Shown piece by piece: positions 1-11,995 of a stretch of DNA of 64,000 bases (position 1 is its first letter; each line of letters begins with the position of its first letter). The DNA is taken from the NCBI RefSeq assembly GCF_036321535.1, contig NC_087436.1:58964001-59028000 (forward strand), in the 5' to 3' direction. This stretch comes from Camelus dromedarius. Lineage: Eukaryota. The translations under genes and the position numbers were made by a program. A model generated the notes under the pieces. The model was not told the origin of the DNA, ran no database searches, and worked only from the letters and a program-made list of their open reading frames with translations.

Positions 1-837
1 TCTTCCTTACATGCGTTAAGTTTTATTCCATCCAGTGCTTGACTGCATTGTGTTTTCCTTGGCAACTCTGAGACCTCCCATGGAATTAGTAACCTGTACA
101 CAGTGTTTGGCTTGACACATAATGTCTGAATGCAATGAGTATTCATTCATAAACGCTTTGCCAATGGAAATGATTTACCAATTCTGTCATCTGCTAAGTG
201 GCATAACCCTCACCAAATTGATTGGATCTGAGCCATTATTTCATGCCATTCTTTAGGAAATACTTTTTAAAACACACAAAACATAATGAAACCATTGTGA
301 ACAGTTAAACAGTGTAGTTTTCTCCAGAGAATATGAATTTGAAAAAATTCCAACATATTCTAAAATAATTTTCATGACAGTGATATTGTCAATACCTGGT
401 TTGGCTTCAAAAAGTTGGCTACCATGACTCTTAAATCTTCTATGTAAACATAAATTACTACAGTAAACCTAGACTCAGTACAGCACAGCATTTGCTTAGC
501 CATCTGTTATATTTACATAACTGGTGTCCAGGCTGCTCCCTGGGGTTCTACAACTTAATCAAGTACTCTATTTACACAGTCATGTGTTCCCTGAGAGCTG
601 CCTCTAGCGATGAAGTTTACACTGCTAAATCTATCATTTAGTTCTAGTTACTAGCCAATCAGTTAATAAAACTGGAATGCTAGGTAAGAGAGGAAAATCT
701 TAGTTAAAATTCCTTTGAATATCTTAAGAGGTAATTTAAAAATAGTGAAATTGATGCATTCCTTCATTTATTTATTTATTTTTGGTCAGTCTCAGAAAAA
801 TTTGCAGCTATTACAGAGATCCAACTGAAGCAGTGAA

Positions 838-975
838 GGGGGAGGATTTAGCTCAGTGGCAGAGTGCCTACCTAGCATGCACAAGGTCCTAGGTTCAATC
901 CCCAGTACTGCCACTTAAAAAACAAGTAAATAAGCCTAACTACCTCCTTTAAAAAAAAAAAATGATATTCAATTA
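838..975 (+). mobile_element. tRNA-derived SINE, camelid Vic-1-like
   Basis: GGGGGAGGATTTAGCTCAGTGGCAGAG (A box) ... GGTTCAATCCCCAGTAC (B box), A-rich tail, flanking direct repeat AAGCAGTG at 828-835 and 976-983. Confidence 0.9.
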
Positions 976-1494
976 AAGCAGTGGAATACAAAGGGAAAGA
1001 GTTATATTCTTTCTAGATAGTATAAAACAACAAAACCCTACTAAAAGTTGGTCTGCTTTTTATTACAACCCTGATTCTAAATATTTTCAGTGATAGAATA
1101 CTCATTGACAAAAAAATCCTTTGTGATTTAAATTCTTATTAAAACAAGTACTGTACTTCCTGTTGAAGTATATGTATGCATACACATGTATCTTTTATAC
1201 ATGTATAGATATGTATTCATCATAGTTATATATGTATACTATACAAATATGTATATGCATATATATTTCAAACTAGCACTGCTTTACTGCTTATCTTTTG
1301 ATAGACATTATATTCTACATAAAGAATTACTCTGAGGACACAGCTACATAATCCTCCCTGACGCCTATCCCCAGATCTAGATATGTGTGTTTGTTTTCTT
1401 TTAAGCAGGAAATTCAAAATAAACAATGATTATTAAAAACAAGGAATAGAAATTGAACTACTTCATTTTTGTCATTCTTTGTGACCACTTGTAC

Positions 1495-1955
1495 ATTTTT
1501 TTAAATTAATAAATGTTTTTAGGACAATTATAAATTTACAGAAAAAACTGAGCATAAAGTTTCCATATGCCCTCCTCCCCTGCACAGTTTCCCTTATTAT
1601 TATCTTGCATTGATGTGGTACATTTGTTACAATTAATGAACAGTATAATTCATTACTGTTAACTAATATAAATAATTTTTGTTTATGTTCACCCTGTGTT
1701 GTAAAGATCCATAGATTTTTGACAAATGCATAATGTCATGTATTCACCATGATATTATCAGAGTGTTTTAACAGCCCTGATAGCCCCTGTGCTCCATTTA
1801 TTCATTCCACTACTTGCCCCTGAAACTCCTGTCAAATGCTTATCTTTTTTACTCCATAATTTTGTCTTTTTTCATGATGTCATATAGTTTGAAGCATATA
1901 CTAGTAGTCTTTTCAGACGGGCTTCCTTCACGTGACACAGTTTGCATTTAAGGTT
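1495..1955 (-). mobile_element. Old L1 3' end (L1MC1/L1MB-like)
   Basis: T-rich start, TTTACAGAAAAAACTGAGC, GTGTGGTACATTTGTTACAATT-type motifs; homologous to 43410-43935. Confidence 0.75.
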
Positions 1956-4900
1956 CTTTTTATTCAGTTTTATTGAGAAATAACTGACATACATTATCAT
2001 TTAATTTTAAGGAGTATTGTATGATGGCTTGATTTACATATATTGTGAAATGGTTACCATAATAGGTTCAATCCATCTCCTTGTATAGGTACAATAAAAA
2101 GAAAAGAAAGATAAAAAAGGGAAAAGAATTTCCTCGTTTTGATGAGAACTTACAGAATTTACTCTCTTAACTTTCCTTTCTACTTGTCGTACAGCAGTGT
2201 TAGCTATAGTCATCGTGTTGTGCATTATATCCCTAATATTTATCTGTCTTACAACTAGAAGCTTGTACCTTTTGACCACCTTCTTCCAATTTCCCCTCCA
2301 CCTCTGGTAACCACAAGTCTGATCTTTTTTCCTTAATTTTTTTTTTAAATTTCACACACAAGTGAGATCACAAAGTATTTCTCTTTTTATATGTGACTTA
2401 TTTCACTTAGCATAATGCTGTCAATATCCATCCATATTGTCACAAATGATAGGCTTTCCCTTTTGTAAGACAACTTCTTTATCCATTCCTTTCATCCGTT
2501 GATGGACACTGGACACTTAGGTTGTTTCCATGTTTTAGTTATTGTAAATAATGCTGCTGTGAACATTGGGGTACAGACATCTTTATAAGTCAGTGTTTTT
2601 TTTCCTTTGGGTATATTCCCAGAAATGGAATTGTTGGATCATTTGGTGGTTCTGTTTTTCCTTTTTAGAGGATCTTCCACACTGTTTTTTAATTTAGTCC
2701 CACTTATTTATATTTTATTTTGTTGCTTATACTTTAGATGTCATATCCAAAAAACCATTACCAAGGCTTATGTCAAGGACTTTAATTCCTATGTTTTCTT
2801 GGAGAAGTTTCATGGATTTGGGTTTTACATTTTAGTCTTTAATCCATTTTGAGTTAATTTTTGTGAATAGTGTAAGATCTATGTTCAGTTTCATTCTTTT
2901 ACATGTGAATATCCAATTATCCCAGTACCATTTATTGAAAAGACTGTCTTCTCTCCATTGAGTATTCTTGGCTCCCTTGTCAAATACTAGTTGACTTTAT
3001 ATGCTTGGGTTTATTTCTGGGCTCTTACCTGTTCCATTGGTCCATTTATTTTTATGTCAGTACCAAACTGTTTTGATGACTGTAGCTTTAGAGTATAGCT
3101 TGAAATCAGAAATTATGGTGCCCCTTGCCGCCTTCTTTTTCAGGAGCTTTTTGGAGTCATTTTTGGTTCCAAATACATTTTAGAATTGTTTTTTCTACAT
3201 CTGTAAAAATTGCCATTGGAATCTTGAATTTATAGATGACTTTTGGTAGTACTGACATTTAAACAATATAAATTCTTCTAATACATGAACACAAGACACT
3301 TTTTCATTTATTTGTGTCTTTTAAAATTTCTTTCATCAACTTCTTATACTTTTGAGTAGAGCTCTTTCACTTCTTCCATTAAATTTATTCCTAAATATTT
3401 TATTGTTTTTGTTGCTGTTTTAAATGGGATTGATTTACTTCTTTTTCAGATAATTCCGTGTTAGTATATAGAAATGCTACTGTTTTGAATGTTCACTTCA
3501 TATCCTGTATCTTTACTGAATTCATTGGTTAGAGCTAACAGTTTTTTAGTTGAGTCTTTAGGATTTTCTATACATAAAAAGTGTGTCATCTGCAAATAGA
3601 GACAATTTTACTTCTTCCCTTTATTTCATTTCTTTTTCTTGCCTGATTTCCCTAGGTATGAAATAGTACTTTACAGTTTAAATTGAATAAGAGGGATGAG
3701 AGTGGGCACCCTTGTCTTGTTCCTAATCTTAGAGGAAAAACTTCAACCTTTTTCCATTGAGTAAGTTATTGGCTGTGTGTTTGTTGCATATGGCCTTTAT
3801 TATATTGAGATATGTTACTTCTATTACTAATTTAAGAGTTTTTATCATGATGACTGGATGTTGAATTTTGTCAAATGCTTTTTCTGTCTTTTGAGATGAT
3901 CATATGATTCTTTTGTTTTATTCTAATGATATGATGTATCACATTGATTGATTTGCATATGTTGAACCATCCTTGAATCCCAGGGATAAATCCTACTTGA
4001 TTATGATGTATTATCCTTTTAATGTGCTGCTGAATTTGGTTTGAGAAGTTTTCATCTATATTCATCAGGGATATTGGCCTGTAGTTTTTTCTAGTAGTAT
4101 CGTTTTCTGATTTTGGCTTCAGGATAATGATGGCCTCTTAAATTAGTTTGAGAGTGTTCCCTCATCTTTAGTGTTTGGAAGAATTGGAGGAGGACTGCTG
4201 TTAATTCTTTAAATGTTTACTAGAATTCATCAGTGAACCCATCTGGTCCTGGGCTTTTCTTGTTGAGTGATTTTTAATTACTAATGCAATCTCCTTATTA
4301 ATAAGAGGTTTGTTCAAAATTTGGGGTTTCTGTGTGTGTCTGCTGGTAATGTCTTTGGGCAGGTGGGTTCTGCTATTTATATCTATTTTTGGCTGAGGCA
4401 GATTTTGAACTCTGGGGGTGAAAAATGGGGGTATGTCACTGGCTGAGTTGGATAGAACTGCTGACTTGGTTTCCTACCCAGGTGTGGCTGTAGGACGGGC
4501 TCCACTGTTGCCTGGGTCCTCTGGTCATGCTTACTAGATGGTTGGGAGTGAGTACGATATTTAGTAGTAGATGCGTCTATGAATTAGCTTCTCTGCCCAG
4601 GCACAGCAGCAGGATGGGACCCAGGGCCTGTACAGCTTGTTGTTTGGGGACCCAAATCAGGCCTTAGTGTGCACTGAATTTCTCTGTCAGGTGAGGTCAC
4701 TGGTTTTGCTCTGTAGGTGGGGGAAGTCATGAGCTGTGCTTTCTATTCAAGTGCCACTGTATGTAGGGCTGTTGCATGGGCTACATGTGTGTTCTGGTTA
4801 AGTTCTCTGGTAAGAGGCTGAAGGCTATATTCGGTGGTGAGTAGGGCTATAAACTAGATTCTATGCCCAGGCACAGTGCAAGAAGCAGTTCTAAAGCTGG

Positions 4901-5580
4901 TAAAGCTTTTTGTTTGTTGTCTTAACTCAAGCTGAAAATGCCCCATGTTCCCTGACTGAACAGGACCACTGACTTTGTTCTGAAAACTGTTACTCTGCCC
5001 ACCTCCCTCTCAGCTAGAGTACAGCTAGTCTGCACAGCTTCTAGGAGTTGATGCCAGCCCTTATGGTCAGATGAGGCCAGAAAATACTTTCCACAGTGTG
5101 GGCTGTGATTCAGCTGTTTGTCTAAGTGAGACACGGAACGGCTGCTCCAGACTACTCTCAATTTCCCACAAAGGATCTACCATCAGCCTTGGCTATGAAT
5201 TAACCCCCTGCCCATGCATAGCATGGGAACTCCATGCTCAGTGTTGGTTTTGATCTAGGGGCAATCAACTCTGTCCACTTGCCTTTTGGCTCAAGTACCA
5301 CTGGGCTACACTGATTCCAGGAGTTGTAGCCTGCCTTTCTGGTCAGATGGATGGGAAGATACTCTCCCAAGCAGGTAGGGCTCTGATTCAGCTCCTTGTC
5401 TGGGTGTGGGCAAACTTGGTTCTAGGACTGGCAGAACTCCACATTTGAGGATTCAGTTCAGGCAGGTCTGTACCCTGCTGAGTTCCTGGGTTATAGTGTG
5501 TCCCTGACTTGGTTCTGTAGATGAGCAAAGCCACTGGTTGGCATTATACTTGGGCACTGCAGATGTGCACTGGGTTTGCC
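1956..5580 (-). mobile_element. LINE-1 (L1MA9-like) with internal deletions: 3'UTR, ORF2 RT region, probable GC-rich 5' region
   Basis: ORF 3871-4065 gives [37 protein letters not shown] (L1 ORF2 RT); 3'UTR motifs 1956-2690; GC-richer block 4320-5580 assigned to the 5' region with lower certainty. Confidence 0.85.
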
Positions 5581-6565
5581 AAGAACTAGAATACTCCCTC
5601 ACACCAAATACAAAAATAAACTCAAAATTGTTTAAAGACCCAAATGTAAGACATGACACCCTAAAACTCCTAGAAGAGAACACAGGCAAAACATTCTCTG
5701 ATATAAATCATAGCAATGTTTTCTTAGTTCAGTCTCCTAAGGCAAAAAAAATAAAAGCAAAACTAAACAAATGGGACCTAGTCAAACTTAAAAGCTTTGC
5801 ACAGTAAAGGAAAACATAAACAAAACCAAAAGGCAACCTATGGTATGGGAGAGATTATTTGTAAATGATGCAACCAACATGAATTTAATTTCCAAAATAT
5901 GCAAACAGCTCATATAACTCAATATCAAAAAAAAAAAAAAGAGAACAGTGCAATCATAAAATGGGCAGAAGACCTAAATAGATATTTCTCTGAAGATGAC
6001 ATACAGATAGCCAGCAGGCACATGCAGAGATGCTCAACATTACTAATTATCAGAGAAATTAAAACTATACTGAGGTATCACCTCACACAGGTCAGAATGG
6101 CCATTATCAAAAAGTCTACAAATAATAAGTGCTAGAGAGAATGTGGAGAAAAAGAGAACCCTCCTACACTGTTCATGGGATTGTAAATTGATGCAACCAC
6201 AGAAAATAGTACGGAGTTTTCTTAAACAACTGAAAATAGAGTTACCATATGATTCAGCAGTCCCACTCCTGGGCCTATATCCAGAAAAGAGGAAAAGTCT
6301 AATTTGAAAAGACACATGCACCCCAATGTTCATAGCAGCACTCTACAATAGCCAAAACATGGAAGCAACCTATGTATCAACAGACAAGTGGCTAAAGAAG
6401 ATGTGGTATATATACACAATGGACTATATTACTCAGCCATAAAAAAGGAATGAAATATTGCTATGTGCCACAACATAGATGGATTTAGAGATTATCACAC
6501 TGAGTGAAGTAAGTCAGACAGAGAAAGACAAATATTACATAATATAACTTATATGTGGAATCTAA
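5581..6565 (+). mobile_element. LINE-1 fragment, ORF2 C-terminus into 3'UTR, no poly-A
   Basis: ORFs 5538-5807 (LTPNTKINSK...KWDLVKLKSF) and 5899-6135 ([11 protein letters not shown]...[15 protein letters not shown]) match L1 ORF2; ends at TATGTGGAATCTAA. Confidence 0.92.
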
Positions 6566-6749
6566 GTTTACTAGACTTAACTGCATTAAAGGCAGATATT
6601 GATTTGATGATCTTAATATAGTATCAAAAAGGAGAAATTAAAGAAATGTATTTATAGAGTTTTAGGTCCTGGCCTGGATAATTTGAAAGTGGATTTTAAA
6701 ATGTTTAATTTATCAGCATCTGCTGATCAGAATCTCTTTGGCTCTGTAA

Positions 6750-7295
6750 GATTACATATTCAGAGGTTTCGGGGATGAGAACATGAACAGTTGTGGGCGG
6801 GTGGGGGCATCATGCTGCCTACCACAAGGGCACTGGAGTTTGTAACATAAATTAGCTAAAGTCATGTTAGCTGCTGTAACATACTCCAAAGTCTCAATGG
6901 CTTCACACAAAAGGTGTTGGTAGGTGACATTTACATACCATTTCCAGCTTCTAGAATCCGGCCACATTTCTTGATTTGTGGTCCAGCATCACTCCAACCT
7001 TTGCTTCCATTGTCACACCTTTTTCTGATTATGACACTCATGCCTCCCTCTTATAAGGACCCTTGTGATTACATCAGACCCACTTGTATAATCTAATGGG
7101 CAGACAGTTTTCCAGCAAGCAGTAATTCAGTGATGCAGGTTCCTTCTCTGTCATGACTCCATCTTCTTCAAAAGGATATTTTCAAGTTCACCAGGAAAGA
7201 AGGGCAATGTAGGAAACACCAACAACCTGGGAAGGTTTTAGTGGGCCAGGTAGTGACATGGTGCCTATCACCTCTGCCCACGTTCCAGTGGTTTT
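6750..7295. mobile_element. Nested/fragmented MaLR (MLT1-type) LTR pieces
   Basis: CTCTTATAAGGACCCTTGTGATTACAT, GCTGCTGTAACA...TCTCAATGGCTT, GCCTACCACA motifs. Confidence 0.7.
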
Positions 7296-7412
7296 GGATT
7301 GATTTGTACTACATGGAGGGGACCTTGAAGTGAAATTTGATGAACAAGAAGGTTAAAATAGTTTGAAGTCTACTTTTCCAAGGACAGATATTATGTATCT
7401 AGAAGCAAATAA

Positions 7413-7432
7413 ATCGATCTATCGATCGATCG

Positions 7433-7484
<52 letters not shown>
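7413..7484 (+). repeat. (ATCT)n tetranucleotide microsatellite with ATCG variant units
   Basis: Direct reading. Confidence 0.97.
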
Positions 7485-7485
<1 letters not shown>

Positions 7486-7510
7486 CCAATGCATATAAAA
7501 TGTTTTTAAG

Positions 7511-7735
7511 CTTTTATGTTTGGAAACATCTCAAAAGTGTTTTGAGGCAAATAAAACTCTTGAGAGAATCACAAGACCTCTGAATATTTTTCCAAGGGAT
7601 CATTTATTTCAAATAGTATGGACTCTGGAATTTACTAAGATCTACAAAATCAAAACAACAAAACAACAAAATGAAGCCAATGAAAAATAGAAAACGGAGT
7701 CAAGAGAGAAGTGGCCACAAAATGATAATGTTACA
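7511..7735 (+). pseudogene. Candidate decayed coding exon
   Basis: TTTTTAAG acceptor, 59 open codons (LLCLETSQKCFEANKTLERITRPLNIF...QQNEANEK), TAG at 7688-7690, frame continues to ACA|GTAATT. Confidence 0.4.
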
Positions 7736-8489
7736 GTAATTTATAAGAAAAATTGTTTACATCCTTCATTCTCTCCTCCTCCTCTTCTTATTATCATTTA
7801 TATAGAAGCAGCAATAAATGGACATGGTTTAAAGGGAAAATTGCTAAAATAAAAAGCCAGTATCACAAATTAAAACACTATCTGTTCGGTAAATGAACAA
7901 TAGTTTAAGGAATCTATGCACGCAAAATGTAGTGACCTTGCCTCAGGTCAGCCAACCAAGGATTTGTTTCCTTCACCAGTGCTCTCTGCATGCCCGAGAG
8001 TACAGCTATCTTTGGAATAGAGTTGTCTCAATTTTCATAAACTGTCAGGCAATGAGATATGCCTTTTTCATTTTATATTTATGGGTAGCTAAAATTCCTG
8101 AGGGGACGAATTACTCAAGATAGTTAAAGATGGTAAGACAAGAAGTAATGGCCCGAAACAAGAATAGAGAATGCTTAAGCTAGATAAGATGAAGAAATTC
8201 TTAGTCATGAGGTCAATGAGGCAATCTAATAGGGTGCCCAGGGAGGTAGACAAGATACCATCACTAAACACTATCAAGACTCAAGGGAAAATTAAAAAGA
8301 CAAGCTCTGGATCGGAGAACTAGAAATCATGTATTTTTAGGCAAGAAAGAAATAATCTATTATAGGCAAACTAAGATGCAAATTTTAAGTAGTTAGCCTA
8401 GGTAAAAATGTTAATTCTAACTGGGGTTAAAGTGTCATATCTTAAGAAGTAATTATGTTTTAAAGTGATTTTTAAAGACTTCAAGCAGT

Positions 8490-8555
8490 ACTTATTCAAC
8501 AAATATTTACTGAGTATCTACAATATCTACAATGTGCCAGGGACTTTCCTAGGCT
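8490..8555 (-). mobile_element. L2 3' end fragment
   Basis: ATTCAACAAATATTTACTGAG...ATGTGCCAGG. Confidence 0.75.
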
Positions 8556-8959
8556 TATTTAATATATACTTATAACATCATACAGGTGCGTGGCATATTG
8601 GTTTTTAATAAAGTACCCTGATGACCTCAGTTCGTGACCTCAAACAATACACGTGCTTAAAATACAATAATGCCTCACTCCTGTACCAGCATATGGTAGT
8701 ATATATTAATACACGTTTCTATGAAAATAGCATGTTTCTTAAATGCTTTAAATTCTGTCAATCAATACTACTTAATTTCTTCCTACTGTTACATTTTGCT
8801 ACTCAACAGAGGTAATTAATAATTTATGCTTTATTTGTACAGATTAATTCCTTTATCATATAATAATTAAATATAAAACCTATACTTAAAAACTTATGCT
8901 TATACAAGTAATATAAGAAACATTTCATTCAGGGATTATATTTTGTAAACTTAGAGCAA

Positions 8960-9690
8960 ATTTGAGGTATAATTGCTATAAAGATTACTATAAATATTTA
9001 AGTTATACAATTTTATTGGTTGTGATAAATGTGTATACTTGAATCATCACTACAATTAAGATAATAAACATGACTATCACATTGACAAGGGCTCTTTTGT
9101 AATTTCTTCTTTTCATCTTTCCCTACCTCATACCCATCGCCAGGTAAGCATTGTCCTTCTTTCTTTCATTCCTGTTTAGTTTGAATATACAAAATTCTAT
9201 ATAAAGGAATTATAAAGTACATATTCTTTCTTGTCTGGCTATTTTCACTCAGCATAAGTATTTTGAGATTCATTTATACTGTTGAATGTATCAATAGTCC
9301 ATTACTTTTAATTGCTGAGTACTATTCCATTGTATGGATATATCAAAATGTTCACGGAAACTTTGGCTGTTGTTAGTAGTTTGGAGCTATTAAAAATAAA
9401 GCTGTTATAAATATGCATGTAAAAGTCTTTCTGTGGACACATGGTTTCACTTATTTTTGTCAGTACCTTGGAGTAGAATGACTGACACTATTTAAAGTTT
9501 TAAGAAACTCCCAAGCTATTTGCAAAATCCTGCATCATTTTACATTTATCTAGCAGTGGGCTAGTCTTCCTATGGAGTAATTCCACTAGGTGATAATAGT
9601 CTTTCACTGTGGTTTTAAATGGCATTTTCCTAATGGCTAGTGGTACTGAACATATTTTATATGCTTGTTTGCAATCCACAGATCTTCTTT
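8960..9690 (-). mobile_element. Old L1 3' region (L1MB/L1MC-like)
   Basis: TTTCACTCAGCATAA, TTGCTGAGTACTATTCCATTGTATGGATATA motifs. Confidence 0.8.
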
Positions 9691-9691
9691 C

Positions 9692-10533
9692 TTTTTTTAA
9701 AACGTATTTTTATTGAAGTATAGTCAGTTTAAAATGTGTCAATTTCTGGTGTACAGCACAATACTTCAATCATATAGGAACATACATATATTTGTTTTAA
9801 TATTCTTTTTAACCATATGTTACTACAAGATATAGAATATAGTTCCCTGTGCCATAGGGTATAAACTTGTTGTTTATCTATTTTATGTATTTTAGTTAGT
9901 ATCTGCAGATCTTGAACTCTCAATTTATCCCTTCCCATCCTCTTCCCCCCATGGTAACCATAAGCTTGTTTTCTATGTCTGTGAGTCTGTTTTGTAAATA
10001 AGTTTGTTTGTTTGTTTGTTTGTTTGTTTTTTAGATTTCACTTATAATTGATATTGGATGATATTTTCTTTCTGTTTCTGGCTTACTTCACTTAGAATGA
10101 TATTCTCCAGGTCCATCCATGGTGCTGCAAATGGCATTACTTTATTCTTTTTATGTCTAAGTAGTATTCCATTGTATAAATATACCACAGCTTCTTTATC
10201 CAGTCATCTGTCAATGGACATTTAGGTTGTTTCCATGTCTTGGCTATTGCAAATAGTGCTGCTATGAAAATTGGGGTGCACGTGTCTTTTTGAATTCAGG
10301 TTCCCTCTGGATATATGCCTAGGAGCGGGATTGTTGGATTATATGGGAAGTCTATTTTTAGTTTTTTGAGGACTCTCCATACCATTTTCCATAATGGCTG
10401 TACCAAACCACATTCCCACCAATGGTGTAGGAAGGCTCCCCTTTCTCCACAGCCTCTCCAGCATTTATCATTCATGGACTTTTGAATGATGGCCATTCTG
10501 TCTTGTGTGAGGTGATACCTCATTGTAGTTTGC
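9692..10533 (-). mobile_element. Younger lineage L1 3' end (3'UTR plus ORF2 end)
   Basis: TTTATTGAAGTATAGTCAGTT start; ORF 10296-10556 TTMRYHLTQDRMAIIQKS...CWRGCGERG...PLWKMVWRVLKKL. Confidence 0.93.
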
Positions 10534-10891
10534 AGAAAGAGAAGGAAAAATACCATATAAGTTCATGACAAATGGACTTATTTACAAAACAGAAAGAGAC
10601 TCACATAGAAAACAAGCTTATGGTTACTGGCGGGGAGGAGGTGGGAAGGGATAAATTGGGAGTTTGAGATTTTCAGATACTAACTAATATACATAAAATA
10701 GATAAACAACAAGTTTATACTGTATAGCACAGGGAATTATATTCAACATCTTGTGGTAACTTATGGTTAAAAAGAATATTAAAACAAATATATATATATA
10801 TATATGTTTCTATATGACTCAGGTATTGTGCTGTGCACCAGAAATTGATGCATTTTAAACTGACTGTACTTCAATAAAAATAAATAAAAAA
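10534..10891 (+). mobile_element. Younger lineage L1 3'UTR, inverted relative to its neighbour
   Basis: Reverse-complement similarity to 9705-10070; ends CTTCAATAAAAATAAATAAAAAA. Confidence 0.92.
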
Positions 10892-11619
10892 GAGGTAAAC
10901 CTTAATATTTTAGATTCTGACAGAATAGAATTAATGTATAGATGTAATCCTTATTTTAAAATTGTTTTTCCGATTTTGTCTGGGGCACACAATTAAAATT
11001 ATGATCCTTTTATAATCTCCATCTTTAACATTCAGTTTAATATTATCAGGACTTAAAGGCATAGTGCAACTAGGAATAAGAGAATGAATGAAGTAGCTAT
11101 CAAAAGGTGAAAACCAGAATCCCACACCTTTGAAATGGAAAAAAATCAGAGACAAATGGTAATGATCTTAAAATATGATGATTATAGAAGACTCCAAGAG
11201 TGAACATGAATAAGTTAACTAAAAAACCTAAAGGCACAGTCTTGGAAACATTGGAAAATACAGAGTTTGGTTAAAAAATTTAAAAAAAAGATAACTGCCA
11301 AGTATTTTTGATCATTTTATGGCACATTTGTATAAAACACAGTCTAATATGCAAGTTTGTTGCTAACTACTGATGATATAAATAAATAGGGTAGACATAA
11401 GTGAAACTGAAAAGTATCAATAGTACATAATTCAGATAATGTTGGCTGCCTTATCTCTCTCTCTATATGTGTATACATATACATATAACTTATTCTGTAC
11501 TTATATGTTATATGTAATATGTATAACTTATTCCATATTAACTTATTCCTTCTAGACAAAACTGATTTTTCAGAAGTTTCCATTCTATCTCCAGCTCTGC
11601 AAGGTCAAGTAGGAAAGTA

Positions 11620-11995
11620 TCTTGATAAATTCAAGCCAGTCAGTTCACATCCTTCTCCTGGCAACTGGTATTACTCCAGAAATGGTAATGTGACTGAATT
11701 TGGCCAACAAGTTTGAAGGGAAGCATTTACAGTTCATTTTGTTAATTTCTCTTTTTTCTCTCCTTCATTCCCATCACATGTACACAGAAAAACAAAACAA
11801 AACAAAAACACTTTCACATGTAGTCATCTTACTATCATAAGGTTTAGTCTTAGGATAACAGGGAAAATAGAACAGCAGAGAGGTGAAAGAAACAGAGGTC
11901 TTTGATGACATCACTGATTTATTGCCTAGATTTCCAGCTACTTGAGATAAAAATCATTACTGTTGTTTAAGCCATTAGAAATGGCTTTCCTGATA
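11620..11995 (+). mobile_element. Old MLT1 (J/K-like) LTR remnant
   Basis: ATGTGACTGAATTTGGCCAA, GGTCTTTGATGACATC, TTGTTTAAGCCA. Confidence 0.6.

Noticed and set aside
838..912. tRNA gene
   Set aside because: tRNA-like head is followed by an A-rich tail and flanked by a TSD; it is a SINE.
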